Source: Euglena gracilis
Lineage: Eukaryota
DNA: 64,000 nucleotides
Direction: 5' to 3'
Assembly: GCA_039621445.1 (NCBI GenBank)
Contig: CP154954.1
Location: forward strand, 20,632,642 to 20,696,641
A program made the position numbers and the translations under genes. The notes beneath the pieces are model-generated. The model was not told where the DNA came from and ran no database searches. It worked only from the letters and a program-made list of their open reading frames with translations. Shown piece after piece: positions 25,401 to 37,700 of the stretch; the first letter of the stretch is position 1; each line of letters begins with the position of its first letter.

Positions 25401-28029
25401 TGCCCGAGAGCCTGTCATGGTCCCGCCCGGGAAACTGTCAGGGTCCCCATTACTGGCCAACCTGTCAGGTGACAGTTTCCCGGGGGGGGGGGTAGGTACA
25501 CACATTGCACACGAAACCATCCCATCGCCGCAGTGCCCGCCGGAGTCCCTGGGGTTGAAGCAGTTTGTCTGGTCGGGGTTCACCTCCACTAGCCTCCAGG
25601 ACGGCAACCCGACCTTCGGGGCCATCCATTCACTCAATCCCTGCGTGACCCCCCATGGGGGATGGGTGAGTGGAATTCCGAGAGTGGCTGGGTGGGTTTG
25701 GGCAGGTGGACCTGGTTGTTGGACAGGGGGGGGTACCATTTTTGGCCTCCTTTTGCCCAAATTGGTCGGCATGTCGAGGCCATCGCCACATCAGTCCACG
25801 TTGACAGGGATTGGCAACTTGCATTGTTCAAAGTTGGGGTCCAAATGCCACTCACTGCAGTGTGAGCCGCCTCGTCCCCTTACCTGAGGCTGGGTTAGCT
25901 TCGCAGTTCAAAAGGGTGAGAAAATGGAAAAGACCTGCTCGCATGGGGTTGGCTTAAATTTATCACAGTGTGCTGCAGCGGAGCAGGCTGGGGCATTGGT
26001 GCGTGGGGCATGCCAGTGCGCACACACCATCACCACGGCTTTGGAGCTGGGGGTTGGGTATGACCCACAAAATTTGTGTCCCACTATTTAGTTTCCCTAC
26101 TGTATTGTTGGTATGAAAGAGTTTTAAGGTAATTTTACCCCCTACCTATAGGAAAAAATGGCCGAAAATGGCCGAAAATGGCCGAAAATGGCAAAAATCT
26201 GGGGGTCAACTTTCGGTACTTGAAAGTGAAGGACGAAGTATCCACAGTGAATCATTCGGCCCCCACATGCGTGCATTTGCAACGTCCTGCGGCAGAAAAC
26301 TCTGTGGTGGGTTTTGGCCCAGGAAAGGTGCCCACCTCCTCCCCTGAGGGCCCGAGTGTGAATGGATGCCCACGGTGCACCTCTTCGTCATCGTGATCCC
26401 CCGCGCGTTCTTCAACAAGCTCATCCATTTGGGTGGTTGCAGCGCCTTCCCGGGAGAGCACGAAATCCTGCTGCCGCCCAGGCTGCCCCTCAATTCACGG
26501 TCGCCAAAACGTGTTCCCCCCCAAACCTCTTTGGGTTGGTCAGAAAGCACAGGTCCGCCCTCAACAAAAGCTTCTGACACTGACACGCACCAAGGTTTCT
26601 TTTTAAGGGGGGTCGTACCCCCAAGGTGTGAGGGGGGAGAGTGCACTCCCCCCTGCAGGAGGATGGGTTTTTGTGTGTTATCGCCCTCGCACCGAAGGCC
26701 CCAAGGGCCTGAAAATGGGCTTTTTCACGCGATTTTCGGCTGGGCACTAAGCGGGGGCTTCCTGACAATGACCATCTATGTGTGTCCAAGCATCAACTGT
26801 TGCCAACGCTCCGAGGTGTCATTGTTGGCTTTAAAGTCAAGTTAAAATTGACAATAATGGCAGAGACACCCTGGATCCAACTGGGTTAGGCCCAGTTAGA
26901 CCCAGAGGAAAAATTACAGTCTGGGCGGTTACAGTGATGGTGTGTTGAGAGAAAACAAAACGAAGAAAAAAATATGCGGCCTAGATTGGTTCTCTTTGAA
27001 AGATTATGAGTACTGAAGTTGCAAAGGTAAAAAAAAAACAGTTCGCTTCTCGTGTGTGCAAAATGGAACAATTGATGAGACGGGGGGAGCGCCCCGTGCT
27101 GTGCAGTGGGTCTAACCCAAACTCTGTCCCCTGATTCAAGCCTTAATTGTGGAAGTTTTCCTTCCCAAGTGTGCTGCGCTGGTTTCCAAAAAATATTTTT
27201 GAATTTTTGCACTTCATTTCAAATCCTGCACTTGATTTCAAAAAATTTTTGAAAAAAATTAAAAAAAATTATATATTTCTTGCTGTGAACAGTCCCGTTG
27301 AACTCTGAAATGGGCCACCTATTTTTGTGTTATTTTCCCCTATGTCGCTCGGTAGGGCCCTGCTTTTTTGTCTTGAAATGTTATTTTCCCCCCTGTCCCA
27401 GCCATGCCCTGTGTTGTGCGGAGCCAGTCCGCAAATATTTCAAAAGAATTCCGACCAACTCCCAAGAGCACCCCCCCCCCCAAGCCCCAACACCATTCCA
27501 CCCACCAACTTGGAAGTGACTTATTATTCCGTGAAGTACCCCCCCCCCCCCGGGAAACTGTCATGCTCGAGAACCTGTCAGGGTCCCCGTTACCAGCTAA
27601 CCTGTCAGTACAGGAAGTTATCAGGGTCCCTGGTACCGGCCAGCCTGTCAGAGTCGGTTTTCATTGACGTTCCCTTGAAATTCCCCACCCTGCAAACTGT
27701 CACGGTCCCCGCCCGTCAGACTGTCAGGGTCTTTGGTACGATAGGAAGTTGTCAGGGTCCCCGGTACCGGCCGACCTGTCAGGTGACAAGTTTCCCGGGG
27801 GGGGGGGGAGTTGGGTTGCAGCGTTTGATGAGGGTTGGCAGCTCTGAAGTGTATCAAAGGTCACAGTTTGTTGGCTTCTCCATGTCCCCCAAACCGCCGA
27901 TGTGGCGACTCGGTTTGCCTGCCCCTGTGCAACCTCGGCTTTGTCGTCAGCCGCAAGGAAACCCTGCCGTCCCCCACCACCGAGGTGAAGGTCCACATCC
28001 GGATGCAGTTCGAAGCGACCTGTGTCTGA
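19434..28029 (+). CDS. SAM-domain plus ADP-ribosyltransferase (cholera-toxin-like R-S-E / ARTC class) protein, multi-exon
   Basis: Exons 19434-19521 and 19783-~19850 give the SAM-like LEALLAELHLSPYAARLAQAGYNSLQALSLANKEDLLRLGV. Probable exons lie at ~20630-20760, ~20970-21070 and ~21320-21390. The ART part is ~22010-22105 (ALLWLYTVDTWVYQECNKACRE), ~22395-22450 (FMPFIKALL), ~23790-23858 (TLYRRT), 25557-25619 (FVWSGFTSTS), 26374-26475 (LFVIVIP..SAFPGEHEILL) and 27927-28029 (NLGFVV..stop). The four junctions checked join in frame. Confidence 0.85.
19522..19782 (+). other. Nonconventional (non-GT-AG) intron
   Basis: 5' GCC-CAGGGCGC pairs with 3' GTGCCCTG-CCTGG (CAG at +4..6, CTG at -8..-6). The join gives A-G-Y-N in frame. 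Confidence 0.75.
23859..25556 (+). other. Nonconventional intron
   Basis: 5' GGC-CAGGGATTC pairs with 3' GAGTCCCTG-GGGTT. The join gives E-K-K-Q-F-V-W in frame. Confidence 0.82.
25376..25492. mobile_element. Short MITE (C-run-GGGAAACTGTCA TIR family), TA-flanked
   Basis: TA|CCC(n)GGGAAACTGTCA ... TGACAGTTTCCCGGG(n)|TA. Relatives lie at 27539-27808, with fragments at ~46038, ~51169 and ~60968. Confidence 0.8.
25620..26373 (+). other. Nonconventional intron
   Basis: 5' GGC-CATCCATTCAC pairs with 3' GTGAATGGATG-CCCAC (11 bp). The join gives F-G-V-H-L-F in frame. Confidence 0.85.
26476..27926 (+). other. Nonconventional intron
   Basis: 5' GCC-CAGGC pairs with 3' GCCTG-CCCCT. The join gives L-P-C-N-L-G-F in frame. 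Confidence 0.78.
27539..27808. mobile_element. MITE, same family as 25376-25492
   Basis: Same terminal inverted sequences and internal CTGTCAGGGTCCCC repeats. Confidence 0.75.
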
Positions 28030-28637
28030 CGGCGACCCTCGGCGTGTAGTGTGTGCCGTCCCCCGTCTTCGCTTTCGTCACAGCTGGGTACATGGCTTCC
28101 TGAGGTTTGCCGTCATTGGGGGACTGCAATCACTGGTTGGTCCCTCTTGGCCCCGGAGTGGGTGGCTGGTTTTTTCAGAGTGACTGATTGGGTTTTGGTC
28201 CAACCTCCTCCTCCCCGGCGGGTGAGGCGTTGCAAAGGAAAATACACCAACTTGACCCGGCGCCAAATCTGAAAGAAAAATTTTTGTCCATTTTTCAGGT
28301 TTGTGGCCAATTTTCCTTTTCTTGCAGTCTTGGGTCCCAGAATGTCCGACCTCCCTGGCCCGGGTTCGGGCTGACTGGTTTTTGGAAGGGTGGAAGCGAG
28401 CCCCGGAGATCAGTAAAAAAGAATATGATTGGTGGCCCGAACATCGTGGCAAGTTATTTGCCTGGTTGGACAGCAGTGCTGGGGGGAAATAGGTTGCCTC
28501 GAAAAAAGGTGCTGGCTGGACCCCCACCCCCCTCTAAGGTGTGGGGTCCAGGGGAGTCCCACCCGACTGCTGGGCTAAACCTGGCTGGCACCCGAAAACA
28601 GGCAAAAAAAATAGCAAAGAAAAGAAATCCAGTTGGG

Positions 28638-28677
<40 letters not shown>

Positions 28678-28760
28678 GTTGTTGTTGTTGTTGTTGTTGG
28701 TGTTGTTGTTGTTGGTGTTTTTGTTGTTGTTGTTGTTTGTTGTTGTTGTTGTTGTTGTTG
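28638..28760. repeat. (TTG)n microsatellite
   Basis: Direct inspection. Confidence 0.95.
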
Positions 28761-30621
28761 AATCTCAGCAAAGCCATATGGCCACACCGGCACCACGTCG
28801 AGCACGGGTTCCTTCTGTGTATTTCCATTTACCCCATCCTGAAACTCTGGTGTTCTACTCTCCTTTGAGGTCACCATATGCAGAGGACAATTCTTTTCCA
28901 CTCCAGCGCTCTTCTGTGTCCCTTTCTCCATTTTTTAAAAACACATGTATGCATATTTGTAGCATCCATCCATCCATCCATCCATACATCCGTTCATGCA
29001 TGCATACATGCTTTGCATACACCCAAGACATATAGACAGATTTGATTAACATTTGTTTTTGATACACCTCTTCATTACCAAGGTGTGGTATTGTAAGTTG
29101 GTTCCACTCCCTGCAGAAAAATCATTAAAACGGGGGTCATTTTTGGCGACAAAGGTGTATTTTAAAGGTGTCTTCTTTTGTATTTTGTTCAACATCGTCA
29201 ATGTTCTTTGTGTGCCACAAACAGAGACGGCTCGATATTATATGCCTTTTTGAAACCGAGGTGCATGCATTTTTTTCCCTTCATTTTCCTTGTATTTCCA
29301 CCTGCATCTGGTGTGCTGCCAATTGACAAACGCACCTTTCAACTTTATTTGATTCCTTCAACATTTACCCCCAATTTCAATATGCAATTTCCTGGAATTT
29401 TCTGTTAAAATGCCGAAATGCGATGCAAAATGATGCCAAAATGCGAATAATTCAGTCTGGTCGTTGATTCAGTGTGTTTGTGGTCTCATAGGGACCTTAA
29501 AACATCGCTCTCAGTGTGTTAAGTTCCACAGAAATCTAAATCCTACAAGCACAATAAAAGTCATCGTTATTATGTTTTGAACTTACTTTGGTAAGTTCAC
29601 CAAATCCCCGAACCTTCCTCCCCCCAGGGGGGGGGAAGCAAAAAAAGCGGCGCAGGAACGGGACTTTTACTGCCCTTCTTGCTCCTTTCAGCTGTTTCCC
29701 CAGGTGAACCTAAGCTGCCAGCAGTGTGCATCCGGACTTGCTTTGCTTGCAGCGCGCCGTTGTGGTTTTTTGGGGGAGTTTGGCAAAGGGCAGGGAGGAA
29801 GTGGCAGGGTGTGCGGGTGTCGTGTGACCAAGACGGCGGGAAGGACGTGCTGACGTATGGTAAGGAAGCTGGGTGTGGATGTCTGGACAAATCTGTTATT
29901 TTAAGTGATATTTGTCCCTCCCCAAAACAGTCGCATTACTCATTGCCCCCTTGCTTTTGTTCTATCTCTCCAACCTTGTGTACTTTATTTATTTATCATT
30001 TTGTTTATTTGGGTGAATATTGCCTGAGCTTTGCTCCTACCCGTTTGTTTGACCCCATTCAGTTGACGTTGTTGATCCGAACTGTGATTCCTGATTATTC
30101 ACTGACAATGTTCTGCCGTGCTTTGCTAGCTCACACAAAAAATTTTCAGATGCATTCCACATTTATATGCAAATATGCGTCGATGCCACTATGGAAAGAT
30201 GCCAAACGTTGGCTGTTTAACTTTACTCTCTAAATTAATTTTGCAAATAATAGTCCGGGGAATTGACAACCCAAATGTTGCATGCGGCACAGAGGTGCTT
30301 CATATTGCGAAATTTTATTTCCAAACAAAGAGGTGAAAAAAATATGATCCGATTTATTATTGTTCTCACGTTTCAGGTTTTTGAATTCAGAAGACCCCCC
30401 CCCCTGGGAGGGATGCTTCCACAACAGGCGTCTGGTTTTGGGTTGTGTAGAGATTTGCTGGAGAGAAGCTTTCTTGGGGGGGGTGAGAAATGAAAGGAAA
30501 ACAGGGTTTGAGGGTTTCTTTTGAGTGTATCTGAAAAAAGTTATCCCTGAACCCCCCAATTTTTTTTTCAGAAAAAAAATCCCACCCAGGGTCTTGTACA
30601 CCACTCTGGAGTGGGTCTTTC

Positions 30622-30715
30622 AGCACGAGTTGGAGAAGGGAAGCCTTTCTGGGGTATGTAGACAACCTGCGGAGCGTGGACTGCAGCCCTTCTGATGCCG
30701 TTGCGTACTAGCCAT
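30622..30715 (+). pseudogene. Degenerate copy of the gene-family first exon
   Basis: TTGGAGAAGGGAAGCCTTTCTGG...CTGCGGAGCGTGGACTGC...GATGCCGTTGCGTACTAG aligns with 32142-32233 but has a deletion and a TGG-to-TAG stop. Confidence 0.75.
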
Positions 30716-31035
30716 GGTCAGAAGGTGCAGGGTAGAGGCAGAGGGCGCAAGACAGGTTCCGCTCTTTCACGACAAATCTGTAATCCTGTGGGGCTTTATT
30801 TGTGAGTGATGGTGGCATTTTCCCACTTTTGAAAAGAGGTCTGCCTCTCGCACAGGCCGGTATCGCCCTCAATCTGGAAGCCCCCAAGAATGGCTCAGCG
30901 TTTGTCTGCAAGAGATGGGGAAGACGGATTGCGACACGCTTTTCTGGCGACACCAGATCAATTGCCCCCAAAGGGGTGGACCCTCGTCCAAAACCAACTC
31001 CGATTTCGCTCGTTTATTCTGCCGCTTCCCGGTTA

Positions 31036-31176
<141 letters not shown>

Positions 31177-32079
31177 GATTAAGATTTTGGTTCAGTTAGC
31201 AATAGACATAGGGTTAGGACATAGGAAGAACGTTGGCCCGAAACGTCCCACACTTTGGCATAAACACTGGGCTGCATTGTCGAAGAAAGAAAAACCCCGC
31301 ACCTAACCTCACCCCTAACGCGCAAATTACCCCAAGGTGACGGACGCTACTGAGGGAGTCAGGCCAGGGATCCACCCAGCCAGGGGGAGCCACCCAGCAG
31401 TGAGTGCCAGGAAGACATCTGGGCTCAGCGATGGTCATGGTGTGATTGTTCTGTCCGAATGCTGCCACCACTGCATCCATTCAATGCACACAATTGCTGT
31501 TCACTTTACTGCCACGTTGCTCGGTCTCGGGGAGGGGTTATTTTGGCTGCACATGTAAATTTTTGGGCCACCCAGGTGGCGTTGGTAAAAGGTGCGGAGA
31601 AAAAATCTCGGGATTGGGTGTTTTCCCTTCATTTTTTCTCCCTTTTGTTCTGCAATTTTTTTAAGTGAATCTGAAAACCATGTGCCCGAAACGCCCAAAG
31701 TCTCTTTTGGGTCAATTTTGGGAAAAAGTTTTCGGCCATGCCACTGTTTACGTCGGGGTATCCCCTTTTTTTCCCAGACGGGGGGGGGGGCACGATTTAG
31801 CGTGCATCACATCACATCGGTATCATCAAAAAAGGGAGCCGTCCTCCTGTGTGCAACGAAGCTAGACCATTGGTGCCTGTGCTGGTGGGCCGGGCGTACA
31901 TGAGGCGAAGTGGACCAGGATTCCCTCTGAGGCACTTGGCAGCCCCCTCCCCCCGGCGGGGTTGATAGCTGTATTTCCGTAATTTTCCGCAATTTCTGTG
32001 ATTGGCATTTTTTTGCGATACCCCACACTTTTCCTGAAGGCCTCCGATATGTGGTCATATCGATCCCCCATCCCCCTCC

Positions 32080-32106
32080 CATTCACTTCCCATTCCCCTC
32101 ACGCAG
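32080..32106 (+). promoter_or_regulatory. Putative splice-leader trans-splice (or 5'-UTR intron) acceptor
   Basis: ATTCACTTCCCATTCCCCTCACGCAG lies 11 nt before the ATG. The same CCCCTCACGCAG|GxTTCTGTGCT is conserved at ~49159-49181 before the paralog ATG. Confidence 0.5.
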
Positions 32107-32117
32107 GATTCTGTGCT

Positions 32118-32272
32118 ATGGCCGAGCCGCCCTGGAACGCGTTGGAGGAGGGGAAGCCCTTCTGGTGGAAGTGGACCTTTAAAGACCGCCTGCGGAGCGT
32201 GGACTGCGACAAGGCCGATGCCGTTGCATACTGGACAGGCAGCGGCCTCGCTGCCATTCTCAATGACGCGGG
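32118..32272 (+). CDS. First exon of a paralog (MAEPPWNALEEGKPFWWKWTFKDRLRSVDCDKADAVAYWTG); downstream exons not found, possibly truncated
   Basis: Homologous to 49204-49383. It is preceded by a pyrimidine tract and CAG and followed by a GTATGT donor. The 11.4-kb transposon lies 1.2 kb downstream. Confidence 0.65.
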
Positions 32273-33463
32273 GTATGTGTGTTGGGGAGTGCATTTCTGG
32301 CGGTTTTGCATCTTTTGCCCCACCCAGCGGGTGAACGTTTGGATGGGTGTCCCTTTTTGTGGCCAAGCTATTTGCCTTTTTAGCGTCCATTCCATTTTTT
32401 TTGTGTTTGCGTTCGGATCTGAATTCTTATACTCCCCTTTGCTGAAGCCAGACGTTGGCCAGACGTTGGTGCTGCTGGTCTTTACACAATGGGGACTACC
32501 TCCTGTAGCCCATGGTAGCGGGGGAACTCCCCAACGATGTGGGCAGGTGCTCTGGTGTTATCTTGCCTTCACCAGACCTCTTACAATGAAAACTGTTCAT
32601 CTCCAAAAATAGCCCAGGACTAAAAAAAACTGGGAAATCAAATTTCCTTTTCACAAAACTTTTCCACCAACTTTCAATGCTTGCTTTGGGCGGCAAATTG
32701 CCTAACCATCCCAAGATTTCAAAATAATTGAGCAGTTAGCAGGTGTTTGGGTGGGAAGCAACAGACTAAGTAGGCAGTTATCCGCCGAAAAAAAATATGC
32801 AGTTTTCCCACTCGGGAGGCTTATTCTATTGGCTGATTTGTCCGTCTTCAGCACTGAGGCTTGGCCGACATTTATTGATGAGTTTAGGGTGTTTGCAGAA
32901 ACACAATTAGAGAGTTGGAGACGAATGGGGGGGGCAAATGCGCGGTCAGAGAGCTCAGGCGAAAATTGTCCGATGCTTTAAGGGTGGGCAGAAAGGAAGC
33001 AGGGTTTGTGAACGATGGGGGCAATTGGAAGACGGGAACCTGCCTGGAATGGCCCCGGTGGTTTGTTTTTTTAGTTTAATTTATAAGTTTGTTAAACTCG
33101 TCACACACCAGTGACACCAGTCGCAGGTGTGGATCTTTGTGGAAGACATGGAAATTTGAAAATATGGCCGGGGGGGGGGGGCGGTTGGTGACGAAGATTC
33201 TCTCAAATCTTTGTCCTCCCTTCTGTCGTGTTATTTCTTTTCATGCAAAATAATTCAAAAACAATGTTTAAGGGACGATGGTAATGTTGATGAAATTATG
33301 ATTTGAAGCAGAATCCATTTTTTTGAAATTACATGCACCAGTGGCAGAGCTTCACTGTGTGTATCGGCTACGAGTCAGAGCCTTGGCCTTTTTTCTTGTG
33401 TCCCAATCTATGGCCATTCTCGGAGTGTTTTTGATAGGTCTCTCCTTCGGGTGAGGGATCTGT

Positions 33464-33489
33464 CTTAGACGGCCGGGAATGCACTTTTC
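33464..33489 (+). repeat. Left 26-bp terminal inverted repeat
   Basis: Perfect inverted match to 44803-44828, preceded by TSD TCTGT. Confidence 0.95.
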
Positions 33490-34767
33490 ATATTTTGCCC
33501 AAGTTTGCGCACCCGCGCATTCTTTTTTTATCAAGTGAGTCACCACCACCCGACGGGGCGGCCGACCCGACAAGCCGAGCTGATCGAGAGCAAAGGTGTA
33601 CCACGACTTCCGGTACGCGAGGATTTTTTTGAGGAATCCGACTTTTTTGACTCTGAGCAGACCTGTTTTTGTTCTCCGCCGGCCGGGGGAAACACCTCGT
33701 CAAGCGAAGCCGATGCGACACGAAACACTGTTTTTCGGGGCGGCACCCTCGTCCGGTGAAGGCATAGTACCCGCCGGCTCCCCCCATTCCCCGGTGGCCT
33801 CGGTATTGCGCAGGTGCGCATTCACCCCCCTCCCCCCACCCCAACTTTATTTTGATTTGAAGGCAAAGCATGGGCCTTTGGCTGGAGACACCCTTCCCTC
33901 CCTTGCCGGTCCCATCCCTTACCTTCCCTCACTGTCCTTTGGTCCTTGGTCCGATATAGGGGGGAGGGAGGGGGAGAGTGCCAGGGGTATAGAGGGGGAG
34001 GTGTGCAGGGGTTGAGAGGTGGGCGGTCCGACACATGGTTGCTGCGGCGTGGGTATGCTTCGCCGGGTGTATAGGGTTGACGGATGGGTGTGACAGGTTC
34101 AGGCACGCCGTGCCTCGCACACACTGCGGCCCTCTGGCCGCACGCCTGCGCCGCCCGACGCCCCGCCGCAGCCGGCCCCGGCGCAGCGCTGGACGCGCTG
34201 GTAGGTTCACTCCCCTTGGTCCTTTGTGTCTCTCCCATGGGGGAGAGAGGGAGGGGCGTGCTCGCACCTGGCCCACCTCCCAGGGGTGCACCCCCGAGTG
34301 GCCTCGGGTGTGCCACCCTGGTCCAGTGGACCGCCTAGGTGTATGCTTGGGGTGTGTGCTGCTGGTCGGTGTGCATGCACCGCGTGGTAAACCAAATCCA
34401 AAAGGCATGCACGATTCAGGAGAGGGGATGAATTCGCATGTGCGCATTCTTTTGGCCCGGACGCTGTGTGCACTGTGTGTACCCACCGGCGGCTATGTCG
34501 ACTGTGCACGCGAGAGGGGTTGGCAGAACGGGAGGGGATTGCCTCTGGGGAAGAGAGGGGTGTGCATGGGAAAACAATGCGCATGTGCGCAATCAGCACA
34601 CTGTGAGCAGAAGAATGCGCGCATGCGCAATGTTTGCACTGGGCTGAGGAGTCTGAAGAGGAGTGCACCCCCCTGTGGACTCACTTCTCCTTCCGCGGCG
34701 GCGGGAAGGGCAGCAGGGTGAACTTGGTCGTCCGCTCCTGCAGGGAGGTCCGCGCTGCGGGGGACTG

Positions 34768-37700
34768 CTACTGCTGGGGGCCGCGGGCTGGGGACTGGGC
34801 TGGGGATCGGGCACCGGCTGGGGGCTGGGGGCTGGGGGAGGGAGGCTGGCTGGAGGCGTGGGAGGCGCGGGCGCTGCTGCTTGGGACGTTGCCGCCCGGC
34901 GGGTCTTCGGGGCGGCTGGGACTGGGGCTGGGGCTGGACAGCAGGGAGGTCCTCCGCTTGGGGGGTGGCGTCGCCTCCGGCTCCTCCTCCTGGGTACCCC
35001 TCTTCTTCTTCCTTGGGGGTGAGGGCCTCCGGGGCGGGGGGAGGGTCTTGCCCGCCGGGCGGCGGACCATGCCGAGGGGTGGGGGGCCGCTGGGCTGCTT
35101 GGGCGCTGGGCGGGGCGGGGGGGGAGTGGGCTCTGGGGCCTCCACCTCCTCCACTGGGGGCACCGGGACCACGGGCTGCCTTCGCCGTTCTTCCCTCCCC
35201 CTGGCCCCTTCCTCCTCCTCGGACTCCACCACGGTCTCTGGCTCCACCACAGCCTGGGCGGCCCTCTGCTCCCCCTCCCCCTCCCCCTCCTCGCCACCCT
35301 CGCCCTCCACCACCTGTGCGGAGGCCTCCTCTTGGCCTTCCGGGACCTCGGGCTCCGCCTCCCCCTCGGGCTCCTCCCCCTCCTCGTAGCTGGGGTGCGA
35401 CGACAGCGGCGACGACCCTCCACTGGCCCCCTGGCCCTCCTCATCATCACCCTCCTCTTCCTCACCCTCTTCATCCTCCTCCTCCTCATCCGACGTGAAC
35501 ACCGGTGGCCGCCCCTCCTCCCGGGCGATGTTCCTCCGGATCCGCCGCTCGTAGATCCGGGCCGTGCGCAGCAGGGACTGGGGCACCCCCTGGGAGGTGC
35601 TGGGCTTGGGCCGGGCCTTGGGCTTGGCCTTGGCCTTCCCCCGCTGTGCGGCCCGCTTGGCCGCCCGCTCCTTCTTCTTCTCCGCCCGTCGCTGGACGGC
35701 CTCCTTCCGGGCCTGGGCCTCCGTCGCCTTCACCTCCAGCAGCTGCTTCAGCACCTCGGACTCCACCACCGTCCACAGCGGCTCGGACTTCTCCACCGCG
35801 TCCTGCAGCTGCTTCCACAGCCCGGTGTTGTCCACCGGGCAGGCCTCCTGCACGGCGTGGCGGATGTGCTCGGTGTACTCCACCGGCTGCACCCTCTCCT
35901 TCCCCGTCAGCACCGCCACCATGTGCGGGGGGTTGGGCGTCCAGTTGAGGATGTGGCCCACCCGCACCGCCGAGGGGAGCTGGAGGAGGAGGAAGCTGTC
36001 CGCCTCCACCGGTCGCCGGACAGCCCGCCGCCACAGGTAGTCCACCACGGCCCAGTGCAACGCGTCGGAGGAGCCGTTGGACTCCCGGTCCCAGAGGATG
36101 ACGGGGGGGACCTGAGCAGGGATGGCAAAGGGGGTAGGCATTGCGCAGGTGCGCATTCAGTACTGCATATGGAATGCCAACAGAGACATGGAATGCAACA
36201 TCTTATAAACGCAAATAAGAATGCGCACATGCGCAATCATCCCATGCAGGGAGGATTGCGCAAGTGCGCATTCATTGCCAGGACCGCACCCAAGCACTCT
36301 TCTGGCGTAATATGCATCCCGAGACACAGCGTTTATGCATTGCCATTGACTCAGAGCATCAGGGAGGGGTTGCAGACACAGACCTTGAGCCTGTCCAGCT
36401 CCGTGTCGTGGAGGAGGACGTGGAGGGAGAACTTCACCGGCCGGTGGCGCTGCGCCCCGAACTCCACCACCTCGGTCCTCACCCAGCAGTCTACATCGAT
36501 ACCCGCCCCCCCCCCCCGGGCAATTGACGCCCCCGGGCAATTGACGCCCCCGGGCAATTGACGCCCCCGGGCAATTGTCACCCCTGGCTGTGCCGGCCAA
36601 TTTGTCACCCCGGGAAATTGTCACCCCCGTCCGTGCTGCCCAATTTGTCACCCCCCACCACAGAAGATGTTTGTGAACTTTCTTTTCGCCGACACGACTC
36701 GATTGGTCCTCTATTTCGCTAGAACGTGCTGAGAAATGTCACATACCAAATGCTCTGCACAATATCACAAACATAGGTTCATTTTTGCGTGTTCACTGGT
36801 GTTTCAGATGGTGTTTTTGGTCATTTGGATTTAATGTGGCCTACATGGGTGGGCAATTGACGCCCCCGGGCAATTGACGCCCCCGGGCAATTGTCACCCC
36901 CCTCTGTGCCGGCCAAATTGTCACCCCGGGAAATTGTCACCCCCCTCCGTGCTGCCCGATTTGTCACGCGACAATTGCCCGGGGGGCGGGTACGGTGCTT
37001 GGTGGCCACCCGCCGGTGGATGTGCTCCACCGTGGCCAGCGCCTGCGCCGGCATCCCAAACACCACCACGGGGACGTCGTCCGCCACGGCGTACACCTGC
37101 GGCGCGATCGCCACCCCTCGCTCAGCCTGCACAACCACCATCCGGACCCGAGCCTGCTCCGCCTGCATCGGCACCCCCGCCTCCGACGACGCCGAGTAGC
37201 AAAACACCCTCGCCAGGGTCTTCTGCTCCCCCTGGATCTCCCGCGCGTAGTCCACGCAGGCCAGGTGCGCCGGGTCCTCCGTCACCACCACCTTGGGTTT
37301 CGGGCGCGGGGCGGCCAGGCTCTCCCGCAGCGCCTCGAACTTCACCGACGTCCAGACCTCGGCGGTGGCCAGCGCCGTGAAGGGCGGGCACGGCGCGTCC
37401 TCCCGCCACTCCCACCGCCCGAGCCGCACGACCAGGTGGCGGAGTGCGACGGCATCCTTGAACCTCCGTCTGGCGGCCCAGTCCTCCACTGCGAGGGGCA
37501 GTGTACGGGAGTGGTTGGGAGAATGCGCAGGTTCGCAATCAAATCATACTATGCAGTGCACCCCACACCAAGCCATCAATGCCCATAGCATGCTGCATCC
37601 ATCACGTTCCATGGCACGAAATGCAAACGTGGGTGGGCGACACAACAAACACACCAACGTCCGGGTGGATGAAGCGGTTGGCCTCCGTCCAGTGGAAGTT

